NCBI GenBank assembly: GCA_973851085.1
Contig: OZ316775.1
Coordinates: 15,376,001 to 15,440,000 of the forward strand
DNA: 64,000 nucleotides
DNA from: Ptychomitrium polyphyllum
Taxonomy: Eukaryota
Reading direction: 5' to 3'
The notes beneath the pieces are model-generated. The model made no database searches. It saw nothing but the letters and a program-made list of their open reading frames with translations, and had not been told where the DNA came from. The translations under genes and the position numbers were made by a program. Below, in pieces: positions 1 through 12,225 of the stretch (positions are counted from its first letter, which is position 1; every line of letters starts with the position of its first letter).

Positions 1-3000
1 GTCGGCTGCTACAAACAACTCTTCAAGTTTATGAACAAATGCCAGAACACCATCTTCGGTCGTCAATCCATTGGTGAGTGCTTTGACAGTAGAGGTTTTT
101 GAGAGTGTATCAAACTTCCCATAGCTATTTTTCTGCAATCCAACTATGACGGCAGCCCGACAAAAATTGTTGCTTTCAGCCCACAGACGCAGCTCACTCA
201 AGCACCTTTGGGCACTTTTGTGAAGGTGAGAGTCTTTAGAAGATAGAATGTCTAGAATACATCGAACAAAAATGTTAGACAAGACAATACCAACAGATTC
301 GGGGTTTGGTAACCTAGAGAGAATTAGGAGGAGGAGCTCCATTGCGAGATTCTTTCTCTCATGAGAAGAAGATAACAGCGCTCCATCAACAGCCACTCTC
401 CAAAAATTTGACAAATTCTCTTCAATTTCTTTAGTCTCTTTAACATCCTTGCGACTACCAGATTTAGCTCGCTTCTTCTTTGCTGATTCTTGAATGTGGT
501 TGTTAGGTGGAGCAAACAGGAGATCTAACAACAGAATCCATACTGAGTGCACGCGAGGATGGCTGCTCGAAGACTCCTGTATTCAGATTCCACCACAGTG
601 CATTTATTTTCCGATGGCGGTAAATACAAAAAATCTGGATGTAACTGTAGTTATCCATGCAAAGGAAACTCTGCGAAGTGCTATAAAGCAATGCGAAATT
701 CGACAGCAATGTCTACAAGTGGAAGATGTCACTAAGAAATACACCTCGAAGTTCCCAAAATCAGACAATAACAGAAATTATATGTCCGATCTCCAATATC
801 AAACCAGGCTAGCAAGAAGCAGACTGCTACCACGAGAACTGCTCTAATGTGGCATGGTATTACCTTCAAGCAAGGAACTAATTTGGCCAGGTGAGATGGC
901 TCGAACAGATCTTGTAAGTTCCCAGACTCAGGCAGAAAAGAAGTGCTCTGAGCCGGGAGCTTATCATGGAGCTGCAAAACTAACAGTAACGCCTCGGGAC
1001 TCTGACTTTCAGAATCTCGCCGCAGCCATTCATTGAAAAGAGGAGCTGCGCACACGGTCTCCCTGACAGCACTTGAAGGCAACTGAACCATTTCAACGTT
1101 GTCATAAACAGCACAAACCAACTAAGATGAACCAAAACCAACAGTAGGCAATAAAAAGCATTACAACCTAACCTAAAAACAGTAGCAAAAGTGAGTCACC
1201 ACCTTTAACATAAACCTCTGATACAAGTTTGAGTACTATCTAGAGTAGTAGGGATCACGAAAGCCAAACTGAAGTTCCGTTCATTGCCCCTAATGAAAAT
1301 GTAATGAGTAGGCGCAATTTAGAATAAGAAGATGGGGACTTGGTAAGGTATAAGTAATGAAGGAAGATACATACCCTGCTTGCAAGTTCGATTACTAGGT
1401 TAACAGCTGGCTCCCGAAGAAAAGTCTTCTGCTTGGCGAGAGTAAAGAGTTGCTCAACAATTTCTTTAGTCAATTCCCTCTCCTCTGAACTGGTGCCATT
1501 CCCAATTAACCTTTTTGCCCGAATCAAAGATCCATAAGCGAACAAGCGCCCCAATAGTCCGTCTCTAACATCCTGGGAAGCCACGAAAGCGAACAAGTAC
1601 TACTAGATAAGATTTCCGGTTTCACACCGAAAACCAAATGACTAGAACGAAGCCATCGAAACAACAAACAAAAAACTACTTTTGACACTTAAAAAGGCAT
1701 GAAAAAGGAAAGCTCCAACAACAATTGGCCACTTACGAATCCGCCCACTTTGTAATGAGCAGACCAACATAAGTGTAGTTGTTGTCCTGAGGCTATTGCT
1801 TAATGCTATAGCTAGCTATTTAAGTGTTTTCGTGCAAAGCTGTAGACACGGTTCACAAACCCTAACATGACTATGATAGACCCACATGTTAGCCTCTTAA
1901 GATCCCACTTCTAACGCTCCAGTAGGTGGCCAACGCAAAAAACTACTGGAACTATTCGTACAGATTTGTTGCCGAATTGTGCCCTCATTGAAGAAAACGG
2001 ATAATAGAACCGCTATGTGTAGGGACTACTTCGGTCCAGCGAACAAAGGACACGTTTAAATACCCTCCAACTAAAACCTCCATCATTAATTGCTCTGATA
2101 AGCCTTTGTGAGTCAATCTCAAATAAACGCTGAATTCTTCAGTATCATGGCACCATTCCCCACTTTACTATCATGCTGTGTTACGTACAAGACTGGATCC
2201 CTCTTCATTGGGCTCCGCGGCACCATCATCGAATCCAGTTTCAAAAATGCCATACTACAGCGTGCTTACCTGTTTCTTCATAGACGAAGTGACCTCCAAA
2301 TTTGACGGAATAATCCGGAGCAGAGCTTCTCCCCGGAGAACAGGAAGAGCCCCGACCACAGCTGTAAATGCTGTCGCAAATCCTTGTCGCGCACACTGAG
2401 GAGTCAACATTCTGAATTTAGGTCACAACGAAGAGCTCAACTGCATAACAAAACAAGCCAACCAGCACATCTCCATTCTCACCACAGCCGCCCGATCCAC
2501 AATGTCTAAACCGTACCCTCTGCTGTAAATCCCGAACCACCTCACCTCACGAGACGAGCCGAGTCCACGCACAAGTCGCCGCAATGCATACTGCACTGCA
2601 GGAGCACATCCCTCCAGCAATACGTCGTTCTCCTTCGCTCCCAACACCTATACACACTCCCATACTGTCCCCCATTTAGAAACCCTAAAAACGGAACACC
2701 TCAAACCCTAACACCGAAATCTCAAAAACTCCCCACGCCATACCTCGGCAACGCCCCCGCGCCCCCCGCCAGCTGCAAACTCCTCCTGCTTCGCTCGCAA
2801 TTCACACACGAGCGCCAACGCCGCAGCCTCCCGCACCGCCATGTCCAGCGACGACAGGTTCCAGTAAATCTGCATCCCCACGGGGTTGAGGCTCCAGTTG
2901 GCAACGGTGGCCGAGGCTTCTCCGCCTCCTCCCACCCGGTCGACGTCCATAGCAGCGGGCTGGCTCATCGTCTTCATCTCAGGCAGCAAAGGCCCCGGCG

Positions 3001-3139
3001 CCATGGCCGCCCCGTGGCCGTGGTCCGAGTGTGCCGCTCCCAATCGTTCAGTGGGACTACCAATGTGTTGGGATTTGTTGACCACGACAGCCTCAGCACC
3101 AACGGGTTGATGTGGGTCGAGCTTAGGACGCTTCCCCAT
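1..3139 (-). CDS. MYB-binding protein 1A / DNA polymerase V (Pol5)-like nucleolar protein; multi-exon, 3' part continues beyond the left edge
   Basis: Likely ATG at 3139 (MGKRPKLD...). Spliced exons ~3139-2744, 2647-2546, 2395-2270 and ~1573-1375 read YWNLSSLDMAVREAAALALV / YALRRLVRGLGSSRE / CARQGFA...LEVTSSMKKQ / DVRDGLLGRLFAYGSL...KTFLREPAV, matching the MYBBP1A/Pol5 N-terminus. Downstream exons were not fully resolved. Confidence 0.85.
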
Positions 3140-6075
3140 TGAAGGCTCGGACGGCAATGCGGGAAAGGGCGCGGCTGCAAAGCCCTCGTCCCCTTCACCA
3201 CCACCTGCAGGGGCGCTGTGCCTTCCTTCCTGCCTTCCTGCGGTCGCTGCAGCCTCGTGGCCGAGCGCTCGCTGCGGTTCGTTTAGGGTTCGATTAGGGC
3301 TCTGCCTCGGCGCTGGCCACGCTGTCGCCCCATCACTGGTCTTCTTCTTGGGTAAACGGGGCCCACTTAGCGTCGACAAATATAATCCCGTCCCCAAGTG
3401 CAAATCAAATCGGTGCTTTCAGAATTTTGTAGTCCACTTCCATTGTTACTGGAGAATCAGATGAAAGAAAGTGATGGATGAATGGTTCTTTCGAATGGAT
3501 GTCAGGTGTATAGCACTTGGATGAAAATTATGCCTTTGTTGGGTTCGTAGCAAGGGGGTAAGTTTGAAGTGTTTACAAATGTGGCTCTAAAGCCAAGAAT
3601 GAAAAAATAGCACTAAGAGTTTCAATCCATCTTTCAAATTATGATATGTCATAAAAGCACAACCATCTAAAAGAAAGTAGGCTTGAAAATTTATAAAGCT
3701 ACACTTGGTGTGTCATTTTGGATTATTCTTATGATTATAAACATCTTTTTGCATAATCATTTAATAATTGCCATTGTAAATGTAGAACATTTTTTGCTAC
3801 AATTCTCTTAGATCATTATTTTCTAAAACATCTATTAAAACTTCCTATTTTTAGCTTCTTTAGAGGCTTCTAATTCATCAAAATGGCTACAACTACAAGC
3901 ATATCGTCCTTTCTATGTTGGTCAAAGCAAATATAAAAATTACAACTCTTAGTTGGTGCAAAAAGTAGAACTTATATTTGATTTTCTCAGCATTTTAATG
4001 CATTTTAAGTCAAAGAATGTTAAAGAGTTACACTTGGCAAAGGAGGTGTTGAAAGCTAATATCTTTGCAAGGCTTCTTTTAAAGCTAATTGACAATTGTA
4101 TGGAAGTGGTTTGGAATTCTTCCAAAGCACCAACTTTTTATTATTATTTGATGACTTGAAAGAAACAAAATTATATGGTTTTAATATTTGAGTTTTATTT
4201 TTGTTGTCAAGGTAGGTATTTTGCATACTCTACACATTGCACATCAATTACAAAATAGGTTTATAAAATCTTATGCATATAAATGACTTATCACCTTAAC
4301 AAGAACAATTTTTAATAGAACTTTTGTGTAAAGTTATTGTATAAGAAATAACTTTGAATCTTATTTATAAATGAACGTGCTTTTGGTTTTTATTTTGTTG
4401 TTTACCTATAGCAATTTATATCAACATATTTGTAGTCTTCCCCACTCTTTTCATGATCCTTATCATTTTACAACCCTTTGAAATTTTCCCATTTTTTTAT
4501 GATAATTCATAGCATGTATAATATCTACAATACTTTTTCATTTGTTGATTGTGCGGCATTAAAAGCTTGCAATAATCTACATAAGAAATATTTAAAGGAA
4601 TTCCATTTAGTATTGCATCTCTTTAAATGGCTTCTTTACATTGTACAAGAATTTGAAATGATAGGAAATGATTCAATTGGTTGCTCAACTTTTCATTTAC
4701 TTTTTGAAATAATACAAATTTTATTTCTTCAAATACAAGTACTTCTAGACATTAGAAGTTGGAAGTAAAAATTGCTTCTTTTATTACTATGTCAACACTT
4801 TATTTGCTACATGGATTTTGAGATTAAAACCCAAGTTTCAAAAACATGTATAACTCATCATTGTTAATTCATTGCCTTTCTTAAATAAATGATAGTTGCA
4901 TTCAAGAAGCAATGAAAATTCTTTATTTTTCTATGATACATTAAAGACTCTAAGAATTTTATTAAATATTACAAATGAAAAGGTCTCCTCTATCTTTGTC
5001 TTTAATTCAACTACCTTTCAATTTTCAAACCAAAAGTAAAACAACTAAAATTTGTTAAAAGTTATATATTAAAGAAATGCAAGTGATTGTAGAAACAATT
5101 AATTGTATTAGATAAAAATTATGAGATGGATACCAAACACCTTTGTTGCAGTTTCATGCTAAGAACCTTTCGAAGTTGGTAGATTAAGCATTTCCTATTT
5201 CAAACACAGTTCAGGCGCAAGTGGGCAAACAATTCCTCCACCAGGCCAACATACTCCCCAAGTGGGGGACTCGCTCTGCCCCACAAGCCCCACGCCACTA
5301 ATGAAACTCATCCCTTTAACGATAACCACCTGTGCACACCCTCTCACCATTCGCCAGCACCCCACAGTACTAAAATACACGAAATACCATCCTGTATTCC
5401 GTACATAAATACCCTCACACGGACTTCAAGTTCACTAAGAAGACCAAAATACATGGAATACCACCATGTATTCATACTCCATACACATACGACTACGTCA
5501 AGCCACAAAATACTAGGAGTAGTCCGACACTCAACCGAAAACCCACACCAAGTAATGCTTCTTGGGTGGTTTAGATCTTCGGTCTTCAGAGTAGAAAAGG
5601 TGTAGATGATGTTGGTTTCTGGGATATGATGACGGTTTTGGGGTTGTCTATAGCCAGTGTCTTCGGAGGAGGTGGCGGTGGAGTGCAACCATTCTTTCGC
5701 GTCGCGACTTCGCCCTACCGCCATGTTGTCGTCACTGAAATTAGTTTCTAGGAGAGCGCCCGTCCTCAGCTGATAGAGGCTCAGTTTTGCTGTGGATTGC
5801 GACATTTTTTACTGAAAATGGCATATAAATGAGGTAGATATGGAATTTTTGCATCTCGAAATGGTGTTGAATTGGAGGTTTTAGTGAAGGTTTGCGGCGG
5901 GGGAAGTTTTGGAGGTATGGATTGGCGGCCGCGCCCGCGCTCACGTCCTGGCGGCCTGGCGAGGCCGGGGGTTGTTGCAGCGGAGTAGAGGAGAGGCCGG
6001 GCGGGAGGGAGGAGGGAGTTGATGAGTGGTGCGGGGGGAGAGGAGCGGGGGCAGGGGTTGCAGGGGTCAGGGATA

Positions 6076-9000
6076 ATGGAGATGGTGCTGCCGAACCTGT
6101 GGGACGCCACGGACCCGCTGATGATTGAGGCGTTCATTGGAGGCTACGGGATTCCGAGCTACGAAGCGCAGGATGATCTGGCGAGCGCGGGAGAGCAGGG
6201 CGTGGAGCAGAGTGACCCAGTGTTGCAGCGGAGGTTGCACTTGCTTGTGGAGGAGTCTTTGGAGAATTGGACTTATGGCATCTTCTGGCAGCTGTCGCTG
6301 TCGCCTACCGGAGAGTCGTAAGTTTGTACCGCTTTTCTAAATTTATTTTTGGTGAACCTTTCTTCATCTCTTTGTGTATTGATTGCCACTTTCTTCTCTC
6401 AATTCTATCAAGAGAAGCAATCAGTAGCTATGAAGCAGCCTTTTCCTCTTCTCTTGAGAATGCCGGGTTTGAGCCTTTTTAGTTTCCCACTCCCCGCAGT
6501 TTTGAGCCTCTGTGTTCTAGGTTTACAAGGTGCAAGGGAGCTGGAATTTTCTCCATACATTCTGTGCACACTTTTCAGGGTTATGGTGTGATCCCTAACG
6601 TAGGGAATTATCGTTTACGACCGTGGTTTGAGCTTCTCAATGGCATTAGCATTTATATGCTTTGTGGCTTTCGAGGACGAATCCGGGCATTTGTTCAGGT
6701 CGTCCTTTGTCTTCTTTGAAAGCAATCTCCTGTTGTGAGACTTGGTGCAGTAGTAGTTGCTGTTGTACAGTCTTCTAACACTCCGGGCAATGCTAGTTTT
6801 CATTTCAAGTGGACAAGGTCCTGCAGTTTTCAGTTTGACGCTGGTGTAATAGCAGTTGTGGACTTAGTCGTGTTTATTGCGTACATACTGTAGATTAAAA
6901 GATTCTTTCAGCGAGTATTGTCACTTGCAGCGTGAGCCTCATTGCTTACTGTGTTTTCAGTAGTACGTGAGGTTCTAGTGAATTGTGCAGTGGCGGCTTG
7001 TCTCCATGTAGAGCGTGGTCGCTGGTGAACTAGTGCGACGTCCGGGAGTAGTTGTGGTCGAGACTGAGAAACGACGTGTGGAATATCCTGCCCTATTTCT
7101 TTTCTGTTAACAATGATTGAAATTTTTGATGATTTTAAAAAGTCAGGAATGCTTTAATGATTGAGAGTTGTCCGACCCTTACTACAATTTGTTGACAAAG
7201 TCACTTAGGAGGTATGAATTTGTGAGATAACAATCCTTGTTTTAGTATGTAGTCTCGTCCTTTAAGTGGTACAATTAACTCAACCAACAGGATCCATGGC
7301 TCTTTTGGCCCATCAAGTAAACACAGTGATTTCAGATAACCTACCACAGATGAAGTGAACAACCATCTCTGGTTTTTTGTTTACCAAAAATGGCGAACGT
7401 TGGAAATCTATGCATTCTTTTGGCGCACGCCTGTTACTGCAGGTGGAAGGTATCTGTTGGAAAATGTCTGAATTTTGAGTTGACGATTTTACAATACGAA
7501 TTAGAGTAATTGGGATCCTATCTTTTATCCAAACTTGGTTATTTTATGGGTTGACGATGAAGCTGCCGTGTGAATGGCCGTTTTAGTATTGTCAGTGCCG
7601 TGCTGGATCGTATCTGACCTCATCGTTGTGGCAGAATGCTGGGTTGGGGCGATGGGTATTACAAGGGTCCCACAGACAGCGGCTTCATTGAGCCGAGGCA
7701 TACACAAACGGAAGAGCATCAGCTACAGAGAAGGAAAGCACTTCGGGAGCTGCAGGCTCTTGTTTCGTGTTCAGATGATGATGCTACTGAAGACGTCTCA
7801 GACACGGAGTGGTTTTATCTTGTTTCTATGGCTCATTCGTTTGCACAGGGAGTGGGGTATGGTTTTCTCCTTCCCGCTGTCCTTTTTCCCGGTCATTGAT
7901 TAGATTGCTTTCTCAATTTGTTGATGCATGCAGATCATATACAACTTTTGGTTCAGAACTCTGATTGGATCAACGTTATGTTGGATGTAGTACTCCTGGT
8001 CAAGCGTTGAAGTCTGGGGAACACATATGGTTAGAACGAGCGGATAAGGCCTCCAATCAAATTTGCACACGGGCTGATCTGGCAAAGGTGAAATTCATGG
8101 ATATACTCTGTCAGATAAATGGTGTACATAGTACCAATTCGCAGCAGTTGAAAATATATGTAAATCTTTTCTTTATATTGTCTCAGTTTGTGAAGATACT
8201 TCCATACTTAACTATCTTACGAAAACAACTGAATTTTAAATAGATTAATGTGTACTGTTTAAGTCTTACATGATTCACTATAATTTTGCTTCTTAATTGT
8301 CCAGCTCGTTTTTTCGCTCGTCAATTTACATGCCGATTGAGTTGATTTATGCATATAAACATCTAAAGTATACGGTGCAGACAATTGCTCTGAAAGGAGT
8401 TCAAACTATTGGATATAATTTTTTTGAATTGCGGGTAATTTAGTATTTAAGCCCTATGAATATTCTGTAGTACTAATAAAGATTGTTTGGTGGTTTTTTT
8501 GGTTTCATTTTCTTGAACAGATGGCAGGAATTCAGGTATGGTATAGATATTCATGAAGATTTGTTGTGTATGGAATTTAAAGCATTGGTTTAGTCATCCC
8601 TTGAACTCTTTTGCTGCAAAATGGGTCTAATAGCTCATGGAGGAGGTTGGCTAAGCATACAGCTTATTTTCATTGGTTTTCATGTGGCAGACCATCTTAT
8701 GTGTGCCTACTATAAATGGGGTGGTTGAGCTTGGTTCAACTGATTTGGTGAGTTTCTAATATTCGTGTGAATTATAAGAATTTCTTTGAGCACTTTGTTT
8801 TTATTTTTAAAATTCGGTGTAACCATTCCCTCAAAAATACCTTTTCTACTCGCAGATCCAGGGTCTCTGAAGAGGCTGCTCCTTAAGTGATGTTGCATAA
8901 ATCAAAGTTTTGATTGGATTTAAGTTTCCTGAGGTTAAAAGGTTCTTTGCTTTGGGGTATTATCATGGAATTTTTCTAAGTGAGTTTTGGTGGTATTTCG

Positions 9001-11025
9001 TGTGCACAAGTTACTAGTTATAATGTGTCTGGTCAGAAGGCAGAAGAGATTACTGAGTCACGTTTTCATGTAAATTACAGATTCAAGAGCGTTGGGAAGT
9101 TGTTGCGCACATTAAGATGGTGTTTGAAGAGTCAATGTGGGGGTTGAATGATACGCAAATTATGTCCCAGTCTGCACATCTAAACGATGAGCCAACATTT
9201 ATATCCCATGATGCAAGTGTACCTTTTCATCCGATGAGTATCGGAGGGGTAGCCTCTATGGATCCAGGTATGCCAAACACTGAAAGTGCGGATTTTGACG
9301 GAAGGCACTTCCACATGGAGAAGATGGGTTCTCATTTGGGTGGGCATGGCCTCAACGGGTTTGACCACATGTGGGGGCAAACAAATGATTTTCACTTTAA
9401 TGATTTACTTTCTAGTGACAATGTTGAGAAAGGTTTAGAACAACTGCCCATCTATAATAGTTTAGGTAGGTTACCTCTGCAAGAAGAACAGCTCCCCATT
9501 TTAGCGTTTAGTCCTAGTCCATCTAATAAATACCTAGAGTCAGATTCGAGACATCCGATTTTCCAGCAGGATAATGTAAATTTACATCTTGAGCACAGGC
9601 CGGCATCTATGCTCTTACTGGATCAAGCACCACAGGCGAAGCTCCAGCCATCACACACCTTTAAGCAGCATAATAGTGGCTTCGAAATTGGTGAAATGTA
9701 TAACCCTACAGGACAGACACAGATGATGAGACCAAAGGAGCCCAGTGAAGATCAACAGTTGCATGTTCCCCATGTGGGTGCTGTTGAAAGGTCTTCAATA
9801 CCTGAGAATCCAATGCCTGTTTTCAAACCGCTTCCTCAACCAACGCCGCCGCAAATTTCAAAGATAGCTGGACCTTCAATTGCAGCGAACGGCTTGGCTA
9901 CTACTGATCACAAGGACCAGGATAGTCTTGAATTAGATCCCGAGGTCATACCAAAGGACAGTATTGTTGAAGCTCCAAGGCTCCCTCGCAAACGAGGCCG
10001 GAAGCCTGCCAATGACAGGGAAGAGCCCCTGAACCATGTGCAAGCTGAGCGGCAACGGCGAGAAAAATTAAACAAACGGTTCTATGCACTTCGGGCTGTT
10101 GTGCCAAATGTTTCAAAGGTAAAACTTCTCTTTTTTTGTAGGGAAAACTGATGATCTGTCTGCTAGTATAGATTGATTCCTATATCGTAAATTCTGTCAT
10201 CTATTAGACTATTGGTCTGCAACTGGGAATTGTGTCACATGTTCTAATTTACAATTGTGAAATACTTGAGAACAATATGGTGTCGTGTTTTGGTGTTACG
10301 TTTCTTCCGAATGGTTCTTACTGTATTCTGACTCCATATTAGTATCCTTCAATCAGATGGACAAAGCTTCGCTGTTAGGTGATGCCATTGCTCATATCAA
10401 TCACCTGCAAGAAAAACTTCATGACGTAGAAATGCACATCAAGGAGCTTCAGAAACTTGGAAGTGCTAAGCGTGAGGAGGGCTCAGAGTTTCTTGCTATT
10501 AGTGCTCCAAAAGACGTCTTACAACTGAAGCCTGAGAGAAATGGCACTAGTCCTGTGTTCGGTATATTTTCAGGTGATAAGAGGTGTAACGTCCTCGTGG
10601 ACATCCTTGGAGAGGAGGCAATGATTCGAGTCAACTGCTTGCGAGAGACCTATTCTGTTGTCAACATGATGATGGCTCTGCAAGCGCTGCGTCTGGACAT
10701 ACAACATTCGAATACATCCACCACTAGTGATGATATTCTGCACATTATTATTGTCAAGGTATTGTATTTCAAAGTTTTTATGAGGATGCTATATCTTAAC
10801 TGATGCTTCGTGAACCTTTAAATATTTCTACCAGATATATCTCTTTTATCCTTCTGACTGCTGAATGATGTGCTTATTTTGCAGATGAAACCTAGTGAAA
10901 GGTATACACCGGAGCAGTTGTCTGCATTACTTGAAAGATCCTGTCAAACTACTGGGTATATGACGAAGCGAGAAGATACGGACATATCTTTGCAAAGACT
11001 TGACACCTCCCACCAACCTCAATAA
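6076..11025 (+). CDS. MYC2-type bHLH transcription factor (bHLH-MYC_N/JID + bHLH + ACT-like), copy A, 8 exons
   Basis: Exons 6076-6317, 7635-7856, 7991-8087, 8521-8535, 8691-8747, 9081-10118, 10357-10758 and 10885-11025, all GT-AG and frame-consistent. Motifs: [92 protein letters not shown]. An in-frame ATG at 6022 is an alternative start. Confidence 0.93.
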
Positions 11026-12225
11026 TCCTTTACCCTTGGTGTATAAAAGGATGTGTATAGTGAACTGTCTCCATTGCAGTTGTGGTTTACAGGTGTAGAA
11101 AAATTTAGCCCATTCTTAGCAGTATTTAATTAGGTTATAGAAATTATTTTGGGAACGTGTTTTCCAACTCAAATGTAGATGCTTCTCTTATTAACATAGA
11201 AGTGCCTCATTGATTGTCGACTTATATAAAAAGTTGAAGGTTAGCACTTCTGTTTTTTGTGTTTGTTGCAGTGCTTGGTTCATCAAGCATTTCTTATATA
11301 GCTTTTTGTTTTGTGGGACTAAATTCCTTACAGGTACGATAACGTTCTAGTTGTGTTTACGTTGTAACCTTCAGGTTGGTGTTCCTGTCTGCTTTGGTAG
11401 TTGCGAGGCAAGCCCCGGATGCCACTGGTTCTGCCCTTATGATGCTGAAAGGGTGAACATCATTAGGCTTACAAGTTTTCATGTATTAGTGAAGTATTGT
11501 TAGGCATTGACGAAATAGAGGATAAGGGTGGCCATCTCATATACATTTGGTTCAGCAAGAAAAGTGCATAGGAAATAAATTGAGTTGAGTTGTCCTAATG
11601 TTACATCTATGCATTGGTAAAGGTAAGTACCACTTCCTGTTACACATACCACCTACCGTATAAAGTCGAGAAGGAAAAACTACACCCTTTGTGTACTGAA
11701 CCAAGGTAAACATGCCATTTACTTTACTGGAGGTTTGAGATCTTTTCCACAGAAATTTTACTGAGTATCCTTGACTCGAAATCTTTCTGGTGATCAACTG
11801 TCAAGTTGTCTATCACTTGCCAAAAAACCAATCCTAAAAATGTGATTTACAGTGCATGATGTGAGTAGTCACAGTTTAAGAAGTGAAAAATTAGCACAAA
11901 AATCTATGCTCCCCTTCACCCAATAGAGGAATTTAGCTGTCCGGTGACTACAAAAGCTAAATAGGAAACCTTGTGCAAACAGTGTCCGGTCCTAGGTGCT
12001 GTCCGCTCATAGGCACGTTCACCTTACCTATGTGACAACAACTACCAAGTACTGAGTGCGGCTGAAATCAGAAAATGCTGTCACCATGCAAATCTCATTC
12101 AAACAACCAACAACCAATTTAAATCTGTACAATAACATGTTTAAATAGACGAAGAAATCCCCAAAGAGGGCACCTCAAAGAATGAGCGTCTATAACACTC
12201 TAATGAACGTAAGGAGCACAGATAA

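Noticed and set aside
3600..5150. Possible degraded transposon or LRR remnant in the AT-rich spacer
   Set aside because: No motif could be convincingly read by eye; it needs BLASTX/RepeatMasker.
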